Source of the DNA: Laetmonice hystrix
Taxonomy: Eukaryota
Length of the DNA stretch: 64,000 nucleotides
Assembly: GCA_965235115.1 (NCBI GenBank)
Contig: OZ249443.1
Location: 8,308,001-8,372,000 of the forward strand
Direction of reading: 5' to 3'
This document shows, in pieces, positions 24,001 to 32,522 of the stretch. The notes below the pieces were generated by a model. That model had not been told where the DNA came from. It did no database searches and saw only the letters and a program-made list of their open reading frames with translations. Every line of letters begins with the position of its first letter. Within the stretch, counting starts at the first letter, position 1. The translations under genes were made by a program, and so were the position numbers.

Positions 24001-27000
24001 AACTTCACCCTGTACCTGGAACCCCCTGTATAAACTTCACCCTGTACCTGGAACCCCCTGTAGATATCAACTTCACCCTGTACCTGGAACCCCCTGTATA
24101 AACTTCACCCTGTACCTGGAACCCCCTGTAGATATCAACTTCACCCTGTACCTGGAACCCCCTGTATAAACTTCACCCTGTACCTATGTTTCAGATGAAG
24201 ATCAGCAAGGATGAGTTATGGATCCGGACGTACGGGCGCCTGTACCAGAAGCTATGCTCGACAACGTGTGAGATCCCTATCGGAATCTACCGGACCCAGA
24301 CCCAACTGTCGTCCGACTCCTCCTCGGTAAGTTATCCCCACCCCCACGGTCCCATCACAGAATAACATACTCTGTGGTCCCATCACCCGGCAGTCGTCAA
24401 GTTTTCATCGTCAAATCACATAATGGCGGGTGTGGGTGAAAAGGGTAGGCCAGGGACCGAGGGCCGCAGGGGATATCAAGAATTTCATCACCCAAGGACA
24501 TCCCACGTCTCGACTATAAGAGATGAACCCTTGCTCAGGAATCACCAGGTCATTTCTCAAGGGATCGTACCAAGTCGTTTCCCTGTCAGAACCTCCGGTT
24601 TTTAATTAGCATCGTCATCGACACCATCTATGGCATGAGTTTTATCCAGTAGCGAATCCAGGGGCTGGGTCGGGGTTTTCATCCCATTCGGGAGGTAAAA
24701 ATAATGGAACCCAAATGTAACCTTCATCAGTCCATCAAAATCCACATCGGTTCATTCATTATTAACATCATCACCGTTAGCCGGGAGAGAGATTTGTGAT
24801 GAGTTAAACCTGACTAAACACTTACCGTGTGTTTGTCAGAGTGAGCGGCGACCGTCGTTCTTTGCCTCTGTAAGTACACACACGTCTTCGTACCACACAC
24901 CAACTTGCCTGACTCAAACCTCTTCCCCCGGGAACGATCTCTGGTAGGGAGACCCAGTATCGGCATGATGTCAGTACCTTACAGTCATCACAGCCATGGC
25001 AGTCTACCTGCTAAAGACCTTCCAGTGTATTCTACTCCACAAACATTGCATTGCTTTTCCTTGGATCTAAATCACATTGGAGTTTCATTGCGAATGCCTT
25101 ACCCAGAAAGGGAACGCAAGTTTGGAATGCTGCCTGCAACACTTGGGAGAAGGGGAGGGCGTATTGCGATACCATTTTATTCCTAAGTGACCAATCCCAA
25201 TACCCCTTTCAAGTGAAGTCATGTGCACCTGCCAATGAAAATGATTCTCTCATAATCGGATGGCGTCGTTTTCTCGAAGCACCTCCGTGCATGGCTCGTG
25301 GTGATTATGTCATGTTTTTAAAGTTAAGATGTATCATTTGTTCTGGGGTGGGGGTCAATTAGTGTTGCTGTCGGTTTGTTCCATGATGAAAGACCATGGC
25401 GCTGACCATGATCCTGTTTCTCAAAACTAAAGTTCTTGCTTAAGCTTAAGATTGATCTGAGCACTTGTGATTGGCTGGTCTTCTGTGACTAGCCAATCAG
25501 AAGCTTTAGCTGGGCCGAGATGACGATAAACCTTGCCTCGTGTACCGCAAGCATGTGACACTCGGCTGAGACCTGCTACATGGACCAAACTGTTATCATA
25601 ATCTGTGTCACTGAATGCTATCTTCATATTGGCGACCACTCGTTAGGTCGCTCCAAACTCCGCAGCCTTTATTGTGTTTCTGTCAGGGGGGGGGGGATTA
25701 CATGTCAGTTTGTGACATGTCTTGCTCTTCTAGAACTCGTAACTTACTCATCAGTCTTTTCATTCGGCGACCATGAGCATGATATACTACATAACGTTAA
25801 TTACGGAGTCTATCATGACGTATGTATCGATATTTAGTGAGTTTAGCAATATTGAATAGTATTGGTTATTACTGAACTCAATGTGAGTTATTAATATTAG
25901 TACTTAGTGAACTCGGTATGACGTATCAGTGGTAACCAAACATGGCATCAGGTAACAACGTCCGTGCTCACTGACTTCAGCAGCAGAAGTTTACCTTTAA
26001 CAAATGTTCCTTTCCCGACACATCGCATTGCGCAAATCAAGTCCTGTCGATTATTGGGCTACATTGACTCCCTTAAAGGGCCACCAGCATTTAGGAAGCA
26101 TGTACTTTACCTTTGCTAATGTTGTTTCTAAACTATACATTTCTGTGAATATGGTATACTTTATTTTTACTCTCTTTTCTTTCCGTCATAATGAAGATAA
26201 TGGTTTGTGATTCACAACCCTGTAAGATAATTAGCATATACTGCCTATTTATTGGTTTCAGCTGTGGGATGCTAAAGAAAGTTATATAAACTTTCCACTT
26301 TAATTCGTTTTGAGAACAACTCAATGGTTCTGTCTTCGTATACCTCTATTTTACCCGCTCTTTTCTACTTTATCCCACTGTTAATGTTGTAAAGTCGACA
26401 ATCTTGCTTGAAAGCAAAGCGAAAGAAATGTGTAATGAGAGTTGGAATCGTATGCCGCCGTGGTAGACGGAGTAAAGTCGGCCGTGTTGTAGACAACTCT
26501 GTGTTTGACCACTTCAATGTGCTCCTTGTTTGGCCTTGATTTTTGACTCTGTTCGTGCATGTGTTTCGTCCCTCCTCGGAAGCTGTTGGGCTCAGAGCAG
26601 AGTCCCGACCATAAAGTCATTGGGCGCAAAAGCCTAAAGCGTAGACGGATGCATGGCAGCTTGTACGTGAGTATAAAACTACTGTCTCGCCTCGAGCCTT
26701 CGCCACAAAACACCACGCAACACATGCCTACAGTCAGCTCGCACAGAATATTGATGTAATGATACCATCCACGTCAGTGGGCACTTTCTGTGTCAGTCTT
26801 CAACACACAAAGTTAACAATCGAAATTTGTTACAAAATAACCGAGTTTGAAGCAGCGGCAATCGTCCATTAAACGTATTGAGGCTACTGTGGTTGTTGAA
26901 GCGTTCTGTGGTAGACTTCTTCTCGCAGCTGCATGTGTGCCGTTTTGCTCTTTGTTTGCCCTGTCTTTTCTTTTCTATCCTTTATGTTGCTTTCTCTTTA

Positions 27001-29236
27001 TTGCTTACTGTGAGCCCAAGATACAGACTGCATAGTTAGCATCAACCTGGAGGTCGGCAAGGGAAACGTTCTAGTTGTTGAGGATAATCATAATACCTCT
27101 GGCATTAACAACGCCTTGCTAGCGTGTCCAATGGTAACGGGTTATAATCTGCTTGTACCAGGAGCAGTTTTCCACCTATACCATATAGTGGTAGGAAGTG
27201 GCTGCACTATAAACCAGGATAGTATCTGACAGATACAAGCTAGTTTGGTCTGACTACCATTCACCAGGGCAGTAGTCACCTACCAATACAAAATGCTTTC
27301 AAAATGCGCCTATTTATATTTCTAATATGTTATAGTATGATTTAATATGTTTTTTAATTAGGATTATTGAAGCTTCTAATTTTCAGAGACTTGTCAACAG
27401 CTAACGCAAGCAGCAAGCCTGCATGTCATACCTATTGAGACAGCACCATTTGGTTTGATTTATTCGGACGAGTTTCTCCCTTGCTTTACAGTGCATGAGG
27501 AATAATATGTAGAAAGTACCATGCAATTTCCACAAATTTCCAGGCGTATAATTTAAACAAAAATAGACATCACTCAGAGCCACTCTCCACACCGATAAAG
27601 TTCACAGTAAACGCACAAGGTAGATTTAAGTCACACATGGAAGGAACACTGTTCCTTCTAACACTTGTCTGGCACGTCACACGGCCGGTTACATATTCAC
27701 TCACATGGTTAACCCAAATGGATTTTAATGTGCCATAAGTACGGTATGTTTTGTGACCAAGAAAGGCGAGTCAAAGGCGTATACGCTACCTATAGTGGCA
27801 ATCTGAGTCGCCATCTAGAGGGAAACTATTTACCGGAACGACGAAACATTTACACCTTCCACCCATTTTGGATTGAAAACAAAATAAGTCATTGTAAGAA
27901 AATCCTATATCAAGTCGAAGTAGAACTATATAAAATGGTTGACTCATCTCAAAAGTTCTTTAGGAGCAGCGAGACAAAATACACAAATTAAGCATAGATT
28001 ATTCGATTTTAGAATTAACCTTAGATCGAACTAACATAGGCACTACCACTAGAAATTACACGTGTAGCCTAGAGCCTATTCCAATAATACTACCCATTCA
28101 CATTTTTGCAGTGTTTAAATTTGCAGATACCATGGACCGTAACAATGTTATTGATATACTCGTTGACCTGAAGTGACACACACTCGTGCACCCACCCCAA
28201 CCCATTGGTCCGCCGTTGATGGTTGCCGTGCATGGCGCGTGCTCACTATGTTTGTGCTGCTTTCAGATGTCACTCAATATGGACGAAGAGCAGGGCAGCA
28301 GTACGGTGGCTGTGGAGAGACAAGAGATCTCCCAGATGGTCAAATGTCGGATGGCTAGCCTAGGGCTGCCTCTAGAGGACTACGGTAAGTATAGCAACGG
28401 ATCCCCGTTATCAGACATTTTAAGCAATCTGAAAAAAATAGAATCGCTCCAGTATCTAGGGCCTATTCAGCCGAGCAAAAATCCCTCTATTAAAAGCCCT
28501 CTAAAAGCCTGTACGGCGTTCTGTAAAATTCCTCAGCGGTAGTTGACGTTAGCACTACGGTGGTGGATTGGTACATTTCAGATGATGTGAGTGACAAGCG
28601 AAACACCATCTCTTACGTCATTATCAACCCCAGCTACGACCTCAAACTCGAGCTCGATGATATAATGTAAGTGTTCTTGTTCAGTTCCTGACCTGTTCAG
28701 TGTGTCACTGGCAGGAGGGCGTCACGCCTAAGATAAGAGTTGTAAGCTGTGAGCACATTACCTGAGATAACCTAACCGGTATGTGCCCATAAAATCACGC
28801 TGGTTTCGGTTGTGTCGTAGATACTTGATACGTCCGAGTTCCTTGTCACCACAAGCGTCACCCCTGATTGACGAACGGAAAGCCTTGAAGATTATGAAAC
28901 GGGAGGAACCGACAGGGGCCGAGAAAGGCAAGGAGAACGTGGGCTTGACTGTCACCGAGGTAAGGGAGGAAGGGAAGGAGGGAGGGAGGGAGAGAGGGAG
29001 GGAGGAACATTTCGGTGGAATGGTACTATGATTCGATTGGGACGTGACCCTATACTACAAATAATGAAAAATGTGTAACGGGAGTGTTGACTCGTTTTGT
29101 GTGGATATCATTGGTATAGATGTGAACTTGTATATACTTGCAGCCCAACACCTCGGTAACGGTTGAGATGCAGGTCGACTCCGATTCGCTGCAGTCCCCC
29201 ACTGAGGGGAAAGGATTGGCAGGAACTATTGTTTGA
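1..29236 (+). CDS. slo-2: Slo2/KCNT (Slack/Slick-family) potassium channel gene, multi-exon, 5'-truncated by the window edge
   Basis: The core exons join in phase through GT-AG introns and spell S6, RCK1, RCK2 and the C-terminus, collinear with KCNT1/2 ([85 protein letters not shown]). Stop TGA at 29234-29236. Confidence 0.97.
162..326 (+). CDS. slo-2: Slo2 exon (FEQLAF...EFYAHPKLQ)
   Basis: Acceptor TTTCAG at 161, donor CAG|GTAAAA at 327; strong KCNT match. Confidence 0.95.
1630..1766 (+). CDS. slo-2: Slo2 mutually exclusive exon A1 ([46 protein letters not shown])
   Basis: 137 nt, TAG acceptor, CG|GTAAGT donor, no stop; paralogous to A2. Confidence 0.85.
1829..1965 (+). CDS. slo-2: Slo2 mutually exclusive exon A2 ([46 protein letters not shown])
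   Basis: 137 nt, pyrimidine tract plus CAG acceptor, CG|GTAAGA donor; closer to KCNT1 DYYVVILCP...RVIYLQGS. Confidence 0.92.
2390..2453 (+). CDS. slo-2: Slo2 exon ([21 protein letters not shown])
   Basis: Phase 2 to 0, TTCCAG acceptor, GTAAGT donor; matches EACFILSSRNEVDRTAA. Confidence 0.93.
2737..3346. repeat. 33-bp minisatellite, about 18.5 copies
   Basis: Unit GTATGTGCGTGACTG(C/T)A(G/A)TGACATCCCTATACT; produces the 11-aa periodic ORFs. Confidence 0.97.
3361..3469 (+). CDS. slo-2: Slo2 exon ([16 protein letters not shown]...KFHVKFA)
   Basis: CAG acceptor, G|GTGAGA donor; conserved KCNT RCK1 motif. Confidence 0.95.
5000..5108 (+). CDS. slo-2: Slo2 exon ([36 protein letters not shown])
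   Basis: TTTTCAG acceptor, GTAAGT donor; phases fit. Confidence 0.95.
5407..5556 (+). CDS. slo-2: Slo2 exon ([24 protein letters not shown]...FHAHRK)
   Basis: CAG acceptor, GTAAGA donor; matches YGRCSGNEVYHI. Confidence 0.95.
5726..5970 (+). CDS. slo-2: Slo2 exon (YGVALVGV...NPGPRHIM...[10 protein letters not shown]...MIASV)
   Basis: CAG acceptor, G|GTGAGT donor, ends in phase 1. Confidence 0.95.
7167..7414 (+). CDS. slo-2: Candidate Slo2 exon beginning GAVALAV; 3' end uncertain, possibly terminal
   Basis: TTCTAG acceptor in phase 1 gives IASV-GAVAL, like KCNT1 IASMGTVAM. The frame stays open to TAG 7412-7414; no strong phase-1 donor seen. Confidence 0.45.
8187..8213 (+). CDS. slo-2: Candidate 27-nt Slo2 microexon (DSTFNPGKR); a longer 144-nt form from the acceptor at 8069 is also open
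   Basis: TTTTTTTCAG acceptor, GTAAGT donor at 8214, phase 1-1. Confidence 0.5.
9036..9056 (+). CDS. slo-2: Candidate 21-nt Slo2 microexon (GSIFQSD)
   Basis: Branch-point consensus CACTAAC at 9011-9017, TTCCAG acceptor, G|GTGATT donor, phase 1-1. Confidence 0.4.
9921..9935 (+). CDS. slo-2: Candidate 15-nt Slo2 microexon (GNIVK) or recursive splice site
   Basis: Pyrimidine-rich tract plus CACAG, 15 nt, then GTAAGT; phase 1-1. Confidence 0.45.
10343..10420 (+). CDS. slo-2: Candidate Slo2 cassette exon ([26 protein letters not shown])
   Basis: Long pyrimidine tract plus CAG, G|GTAAAA donor, 78 nt, phase 1-1. Confidence 0.6.
11030..11188 (+). CDS. slo-2: Candidate Slo2 linker exon ([53 protein letters not shown])
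   Basis: TAG acceptor after an AT-rich tract, 159 nt open, phase 1-1, A|GTATTT donor. Confidence 0.65.
12415..12506 (+). CDS. slo-2: Slo2 linker exon ([31 protein letters not shown])
   Basis: Supplies the phase 1 to 0 change needed before the next exon; TTACAG acceptor, GTCAGC donor. Confidence 0.75.
12731..12882 (+). CDS. slo-2: Slo2 exon ([11 protein letters not shown]...acidic tract...PVPD)
   Basis: Matches KCNT RRPSIAPV plus an acidic linker; GTGAGT donor. Confidence 0.9.
14063..14092 (+). CDS. slo-2: Candidate 30-nt Slo2 microexon (PIPVCGAGG)
   Basis: TCCTTTCTCCGCCATCCTAG acceptor, CAG|GTACTA donor, phase 2-2 matches the flanking exons. Confidence 0.35.
14812..14917 (+). CDS. slo-2: Slo2 mutually exclusive exon B1 ([35 protein letters not shown])
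   Basis: 106 nt, phase 2 to 0; matches KCNT [22 protein letters not shown]. Confidence 0.9.
15566..15671 (+). CDS. slo-2: Slo2 mutually exclusive exon B2 ([35 protein letters not shown])
   Basis: 106 nt, same phases as B1, strong TTTTCCTCTTAG acceptor, AAG|GTACAA donor. Confidence 0.9.
16879..17051 (+). CDS. slo-2: Slo2 exon ([11 protein letters not shown]...[10 protein letters not shown]...[10 protein letters not shown])
   Basis: Conserved start of RCK2; GTAAGC donor. Confidence 0.95.
17335..17406 (+). CDS. slo-2: Slo2 exon ([23 protein letters not shown])
   Basis: Matches FLEAICCFPMVYYMEGSVD; phase 2-2. Confidence 0.93.
17762..17896 (+). CDS. slo-2: Slo2 exon ([22 protein letters not shown]...VQTIFR)
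   Basis: Matches [21 protein letters not shown]. Confidence 0.95.
17912..18503. repeat. About 22-bp degenerate minisatellite, about 26 copies
   Basis: Unit TATATCCCT(G/A)ACAGAAAACTTC. Confidence 0.95.
18661..18772 (+). CDS. slo-2: Slo2 exon ([26 protein letters not shown]...SKMEK)
   Basis: TTTTGTAG acceptor, AAG|GTTAGT donor; conserved [12 protein letters not shown]. Confidence 0.95.
20950..21805. repeat. About 92-bp minisatellite, about 9 copies
   Basis: Unit GTATACGTGTAGGCAGGTGATTCCCATCCCCCGGTACCGGCTAGGGG...CTCGTCTCTAT. Confidence 0.96.
21815..21916 (+). CDS. slo-2: Slo2 exon ([34 protein letters not shown])
   Basis: Near-identical to [13 protein letters not shown]...MLDTLLYQ. Confidence 0.96.
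22238..22321 (+). CDS. slo-2: Slo2 exon ([28 protein letters not shown])
   Basis: Matches SFVKDYMITITRLLLGLD; GTGAGT donor. Confidence 0.95.
22447..24185. repeat. 36/32-bp minisatellite, about 50 copies
   Basis: Unit GTACCTGGAACCCCCTGTA(GATA)TCAACTTCACCCT. Confidence 0.97.
24195..24326 (+). CDS. slo-2: Slo2 exon ([34 protein letters not shown]...)
   Basis: Conserved WIRTYGRL; GTAAGT donor. Confidence 0.96.
24840..24869 (+). CDS. slo-2: 30-nt Slo2 microexon ([10 protein letters not shown])
   Basis: Branch-like TGACTAAAC at 24811-24819, TTTGTCAG acceptor, GTAAGT donor, phase 0-0. Confidence 0.7.
26583..26666 (+). CDS. slo-2: Candidate Slo2 cassette exon ([28 protein letters not shown])
   Basis: Pyrimidine tract plus AG at 26581-26582 (alternative CAG at 26600), GTGAGT donor, phase 0-0; resembles KCNT HPLLRRKSLQWARR. 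Confidence 0.55.
28267..28384 (+). CDS. slo-2: Slo2 exon (MSLNMDEEQ...[23 protein letters not shown])
   Basis: Matches ERQELSELVKNRMKHLGL; GTAAGT donor. Confidence 0.93.
28582..28666 (+). CDS. slo-2: Slo2 exon ([28 protein letters not shown])
   Basis: Matches TLSYVLINPPPDTRLE; GTAAGT donor. Confidence 0.93.
28821..28959 (+). CDS. slo-2: Slo2 exon ([11 protein letters not shown]...GLTVTE)
   Basis: Matches VYLIRPDP; GAG|GTAAGG donor. Confidence 0.88.
29144..29236 (+). CDS. slo-2: Slo2 last coding exon ([30 protein letters not shown])
   Basis: TTGCAG acceptor in phase 0; open to TGA. Confidence 0.8.
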   Translation, partial: PNTSVTVEMQVDSDSLQSPTEGKGLAGTIV

Positions 29237-29402
29237 AACGCTGGACAAACAGTCAATGTCCTTGGCCTTTTGCCAAAACTGCTCAATATGCTTTTTATGA
29301 AGCGCTGGCGTTTGACGTTTGGGAAGGCCTCTGGGTTTGTGATTGGCAGTCGGCAGCATTTTGTCGGCAGATAAATTACGCTCCTCTCTGCACCGGTTCC
29401 AG

Positions 29403-29416
29403 CCGCCACCTGGTGG
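29403..29416 (-). promoter_or_regulatory. CTCF motif
   Basis: CCACCAGGTGGCGG on the minus strand; perfect match to CCRSYAGRKGGCR. Confidence 0.5.
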
Positions 29417-31015
29417 TTAATTGATGAACTTCGGGAAGCTGGAGATATCTCGGGAACAGGTTCGTTTTCGTAAGCAGGTTTTAAGTTTATTATGCAGGGA
29501 TGATGCACTGTTGAATGCGGGTATATATAACATAGAAGATCCTGTTACACAAATCTTGTGGAGTAACATAGGCCGGCGAGCGTCAGGACCAAAGTCTCGA
29601 ATGTTCTGTAAACTATAGACTGGGAATGAAACAGGTGTGTTTTAAAACATGGACGCCCAGTTAGCTAACACAAGCTGTGTAGTTTTGTCGCCAACTACTG
29701 TCAACATTAAACTGGGCCAACAGGCATACAGACAGCGTGTCAGCTACCGCGAACTTTTTCACGTCTGTGGAAAGACTTAGTGACGCTTGGCTAGGAAGTT
29801 TCGCGAGAGCTCATGTGTAGTCTCGCGAGATCACGGTAGGCGCGTGACTTTGTTCCGTGCCAGTGTTGGTGCTACGAGGGAGTCGGACGTCAGCATGCGC
29901 TCGACAAGGGGCGCTGTCAGATTTTCCTCTTTTCTCTCCCCATCTCTCTCTAGAGTCTAGAGTGAAACAGAAACTACTCAAATGTGCCTATATTGGACAG
30001 AAGCCTCCAGTGTAAGAACAATTCACTGATGCTCACGGTTTGAAATTTTAAGAAATAGAAGAAAAAATATATCTTTGGAAGTTCATGCATGACTATAAAC
30101 GCTAGAAGGAAATAGCAAATTTATGAAACGAATTACGCGGAATGTTAACGATACAACTACTACCAAAAGTTTGATGATGTTTCCTATACCTACACATTAT
30201 AAATGGAAATCTTTGAGATGTTTTTTTACAGAATGTCAACGACAGGGACCGGATCTTTTCTATACATCTACATCTCGATATTATTACATTGACACGCCTG
30301 CTAAGAATTAATCACAATATTCCACATATAGTGTTGCTTTTTTGAATCGCTATGTGTGTTTAAATGTTCCAAATGTATTAGTTGAAAAATGTGTATCATT
30401 TGGCTGGACCAAAGTACGACGTTCAACTGTAATGTAGAAGTATCTTAAAATAAGTGAATTTTGAGGGAGGTGCCTTTATACAAGCTCGAACAGGATGTGG
30501 ATAAAACCCCTAGGCGTGTGACATTTCCACTGAAAGATATAACAGATGACCGGCGTGCCGAAACCACTCAAGAGCAATTCTGCGTGCATGTTAGCCCCGA
30601 ACACCTTTTGCTATACCTGTTCGCTAAAGAAAAAAACACACAAACATGACGGATATCAGTTCCGCCATCGTACTGCTTAAAAAAGGACTTTCAGAAACAC
30701 TTTGCATTACCCCATCTAAAGGCCTTCATCATGATGCAAACATGTATTACATGCACGGCTAACTGTAGTCAATGGCGGACTTGAGGTAATACACGCATAT
30801 TTACTACACAATCTACATGACTTGAAGAAATGTATAGGCCCTACACGGCGTGTCGATTTTACAATTCCTGGAAAACTTGCTCACAAACATAGTTTTCCTA
30901 AGCGACCTGAGTACCTGAGCTTCGACGTTGGATATGTAGCTGTTGATCTCGCGAGAGTATGACGAGACCATGAGCCTGGACGCGTCGTTTATCACGTGAC
31001 GTGTGCCCGGTTTCA

Positions 31016-31028
31016 CCACCAGGTGGCG
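31016..31028 (+). promoter_or_regulatory. CTCF motif
   Basis: CCACCAGGTGGCG, perfect core. Confidence 0.5.
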
Positions 31029-31989
31029 TCCAGCTTCAGTCCCGCTGACCCCCGTGTGTTAACATATCAATTGCCTCTGTGTACCGGCCTTAATTGACAT
31101 AAACCAACATTGGATGTCGATAACAAAAATATATCTCGTTTACTAAGGAAGAGGAAAAGGACATTATGGCGCAGTTATAACGTTTGAATGTAGAAAACTG
31201 TAGTCATGTATTTTAAACACGATTTTACCATAGCTCATTCCGTGACAAATATGTGTTGGTCCCAGTGACGCTCAACCCCAGAAATATTGTTACCGGCAAG
31301 TATATATCGTATACGTCAGGTTTATCTCCATGGATTTGCGCTCAGTCAGCGGCTCGAGGCAACTATTATTGGTCCCATTTGATATTTTTAAATAAATGCA
31401 AGGAGTTTTAATTTCGAGAAAATACCCCTTATCCGACTGATTTGGATAGTCTATCCTTTCGTGAAAATAATCACCGTACTTTATGTGTGATTATAAATAT
31501 TAGAGCCATGAAGGTAAGGACATTTAGTATCAATTTCTTCTCGGTATGGTTATTTATGTTTCTGTTTGATGGTTGCCAAAGAGAAAATAGGTATTAAGCA
31601 TAATTTTGAACCATATTTAATTATGCCGTACCCCCTTTTGCGTGCTTTAAGACAACTCCGTTCGACTGCAGACAGAACAATGTGATATTTTATTACTGAG
31701 ACAAGTGCTTTTGAAAGCGTCTGCCTCATCTATGCGTTTTTTATGTGCTGTTGTACAAAAAGGTGTACGATGTATGTATAAAGGCCATTCAAGTTATGTG
31801 GGTTTTGTCTCTCTGTCACCGGAACATCTCATTAATTGACTTGTGTTGAGATGTGCTACCCCGACTGGTGTCACCATGTGGTCTTATTGTTGGAATGTCG
31901 TATCAGATCAGTCCGACTCACTGTTACAAGTAGCAGTGGTCATGTAGTGACATGTTTCAAACCAGACCACCTTACAATGATGGTCCTGT

Positions 31990-32522
31990 GGTGACATGTA
32001 TCAGACCAGACCCAATCATCAGAATGGTACTGTGGTACATGGCCTTCCAAACCATACCCTAAAAAACCGTATATATACTGGTGTGGTCTTGTATTGTTGA
32101 CATGTATCAGACCAGACCCGATCATCAGAATGGTACTGTGGTACATGGCCTCCCAAACCATACCCTATAACTGTATGTGTACTGGTGTGGTCTTGTATTG
32201 TTGACATGTATCACACCAGACCCAATCATCAGAATGGTACTGTGGTACATGGCCTCCCAAACCATACCCTAAAAAACCGTATATATACTGGTGTGGTCTT
32301 GTATTGTTGACATGTATCAGACCAGACCCGATCATCAGAATGGTACTGTGGTACATGGCCTTCCAAACCATACCCTAAAACCGTATATATACTGGTGTGG
32401 TCTTGTATTGTTGACATGTATCAGACCAGACCCAATCATCAGAATGGTACTGTGGTACATGGCCTCCCAAACCATACCTTATAACTGTATGTGTACTGGT
32501 GTGGTCTTGTATTGTTGACATG
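31990..32522. repeat. About 105-bp tandem repeat, about 5 copies
   Basis: ACATGTATCAGACCAGACCC...GTATTGTTG recurs at about 104-106 nt spacing. Confidence 0.93.

Noticed and set aside
20950-24185. CRISPR-like arrays or repeat proteins
   Set aside because: The units are head-to-tail with no unique spacers, lie in spliceosomal introns, and there are no cas genes; the ORFs are repeat artefacts.
26930-27135. Strong pyrimidine tract as another Slo2 tail exon
   Set aside because: Every phase-0 acceptor that follows meets a stop within 14 codons. It could be a poison or terminal exon, but this is unsupported.
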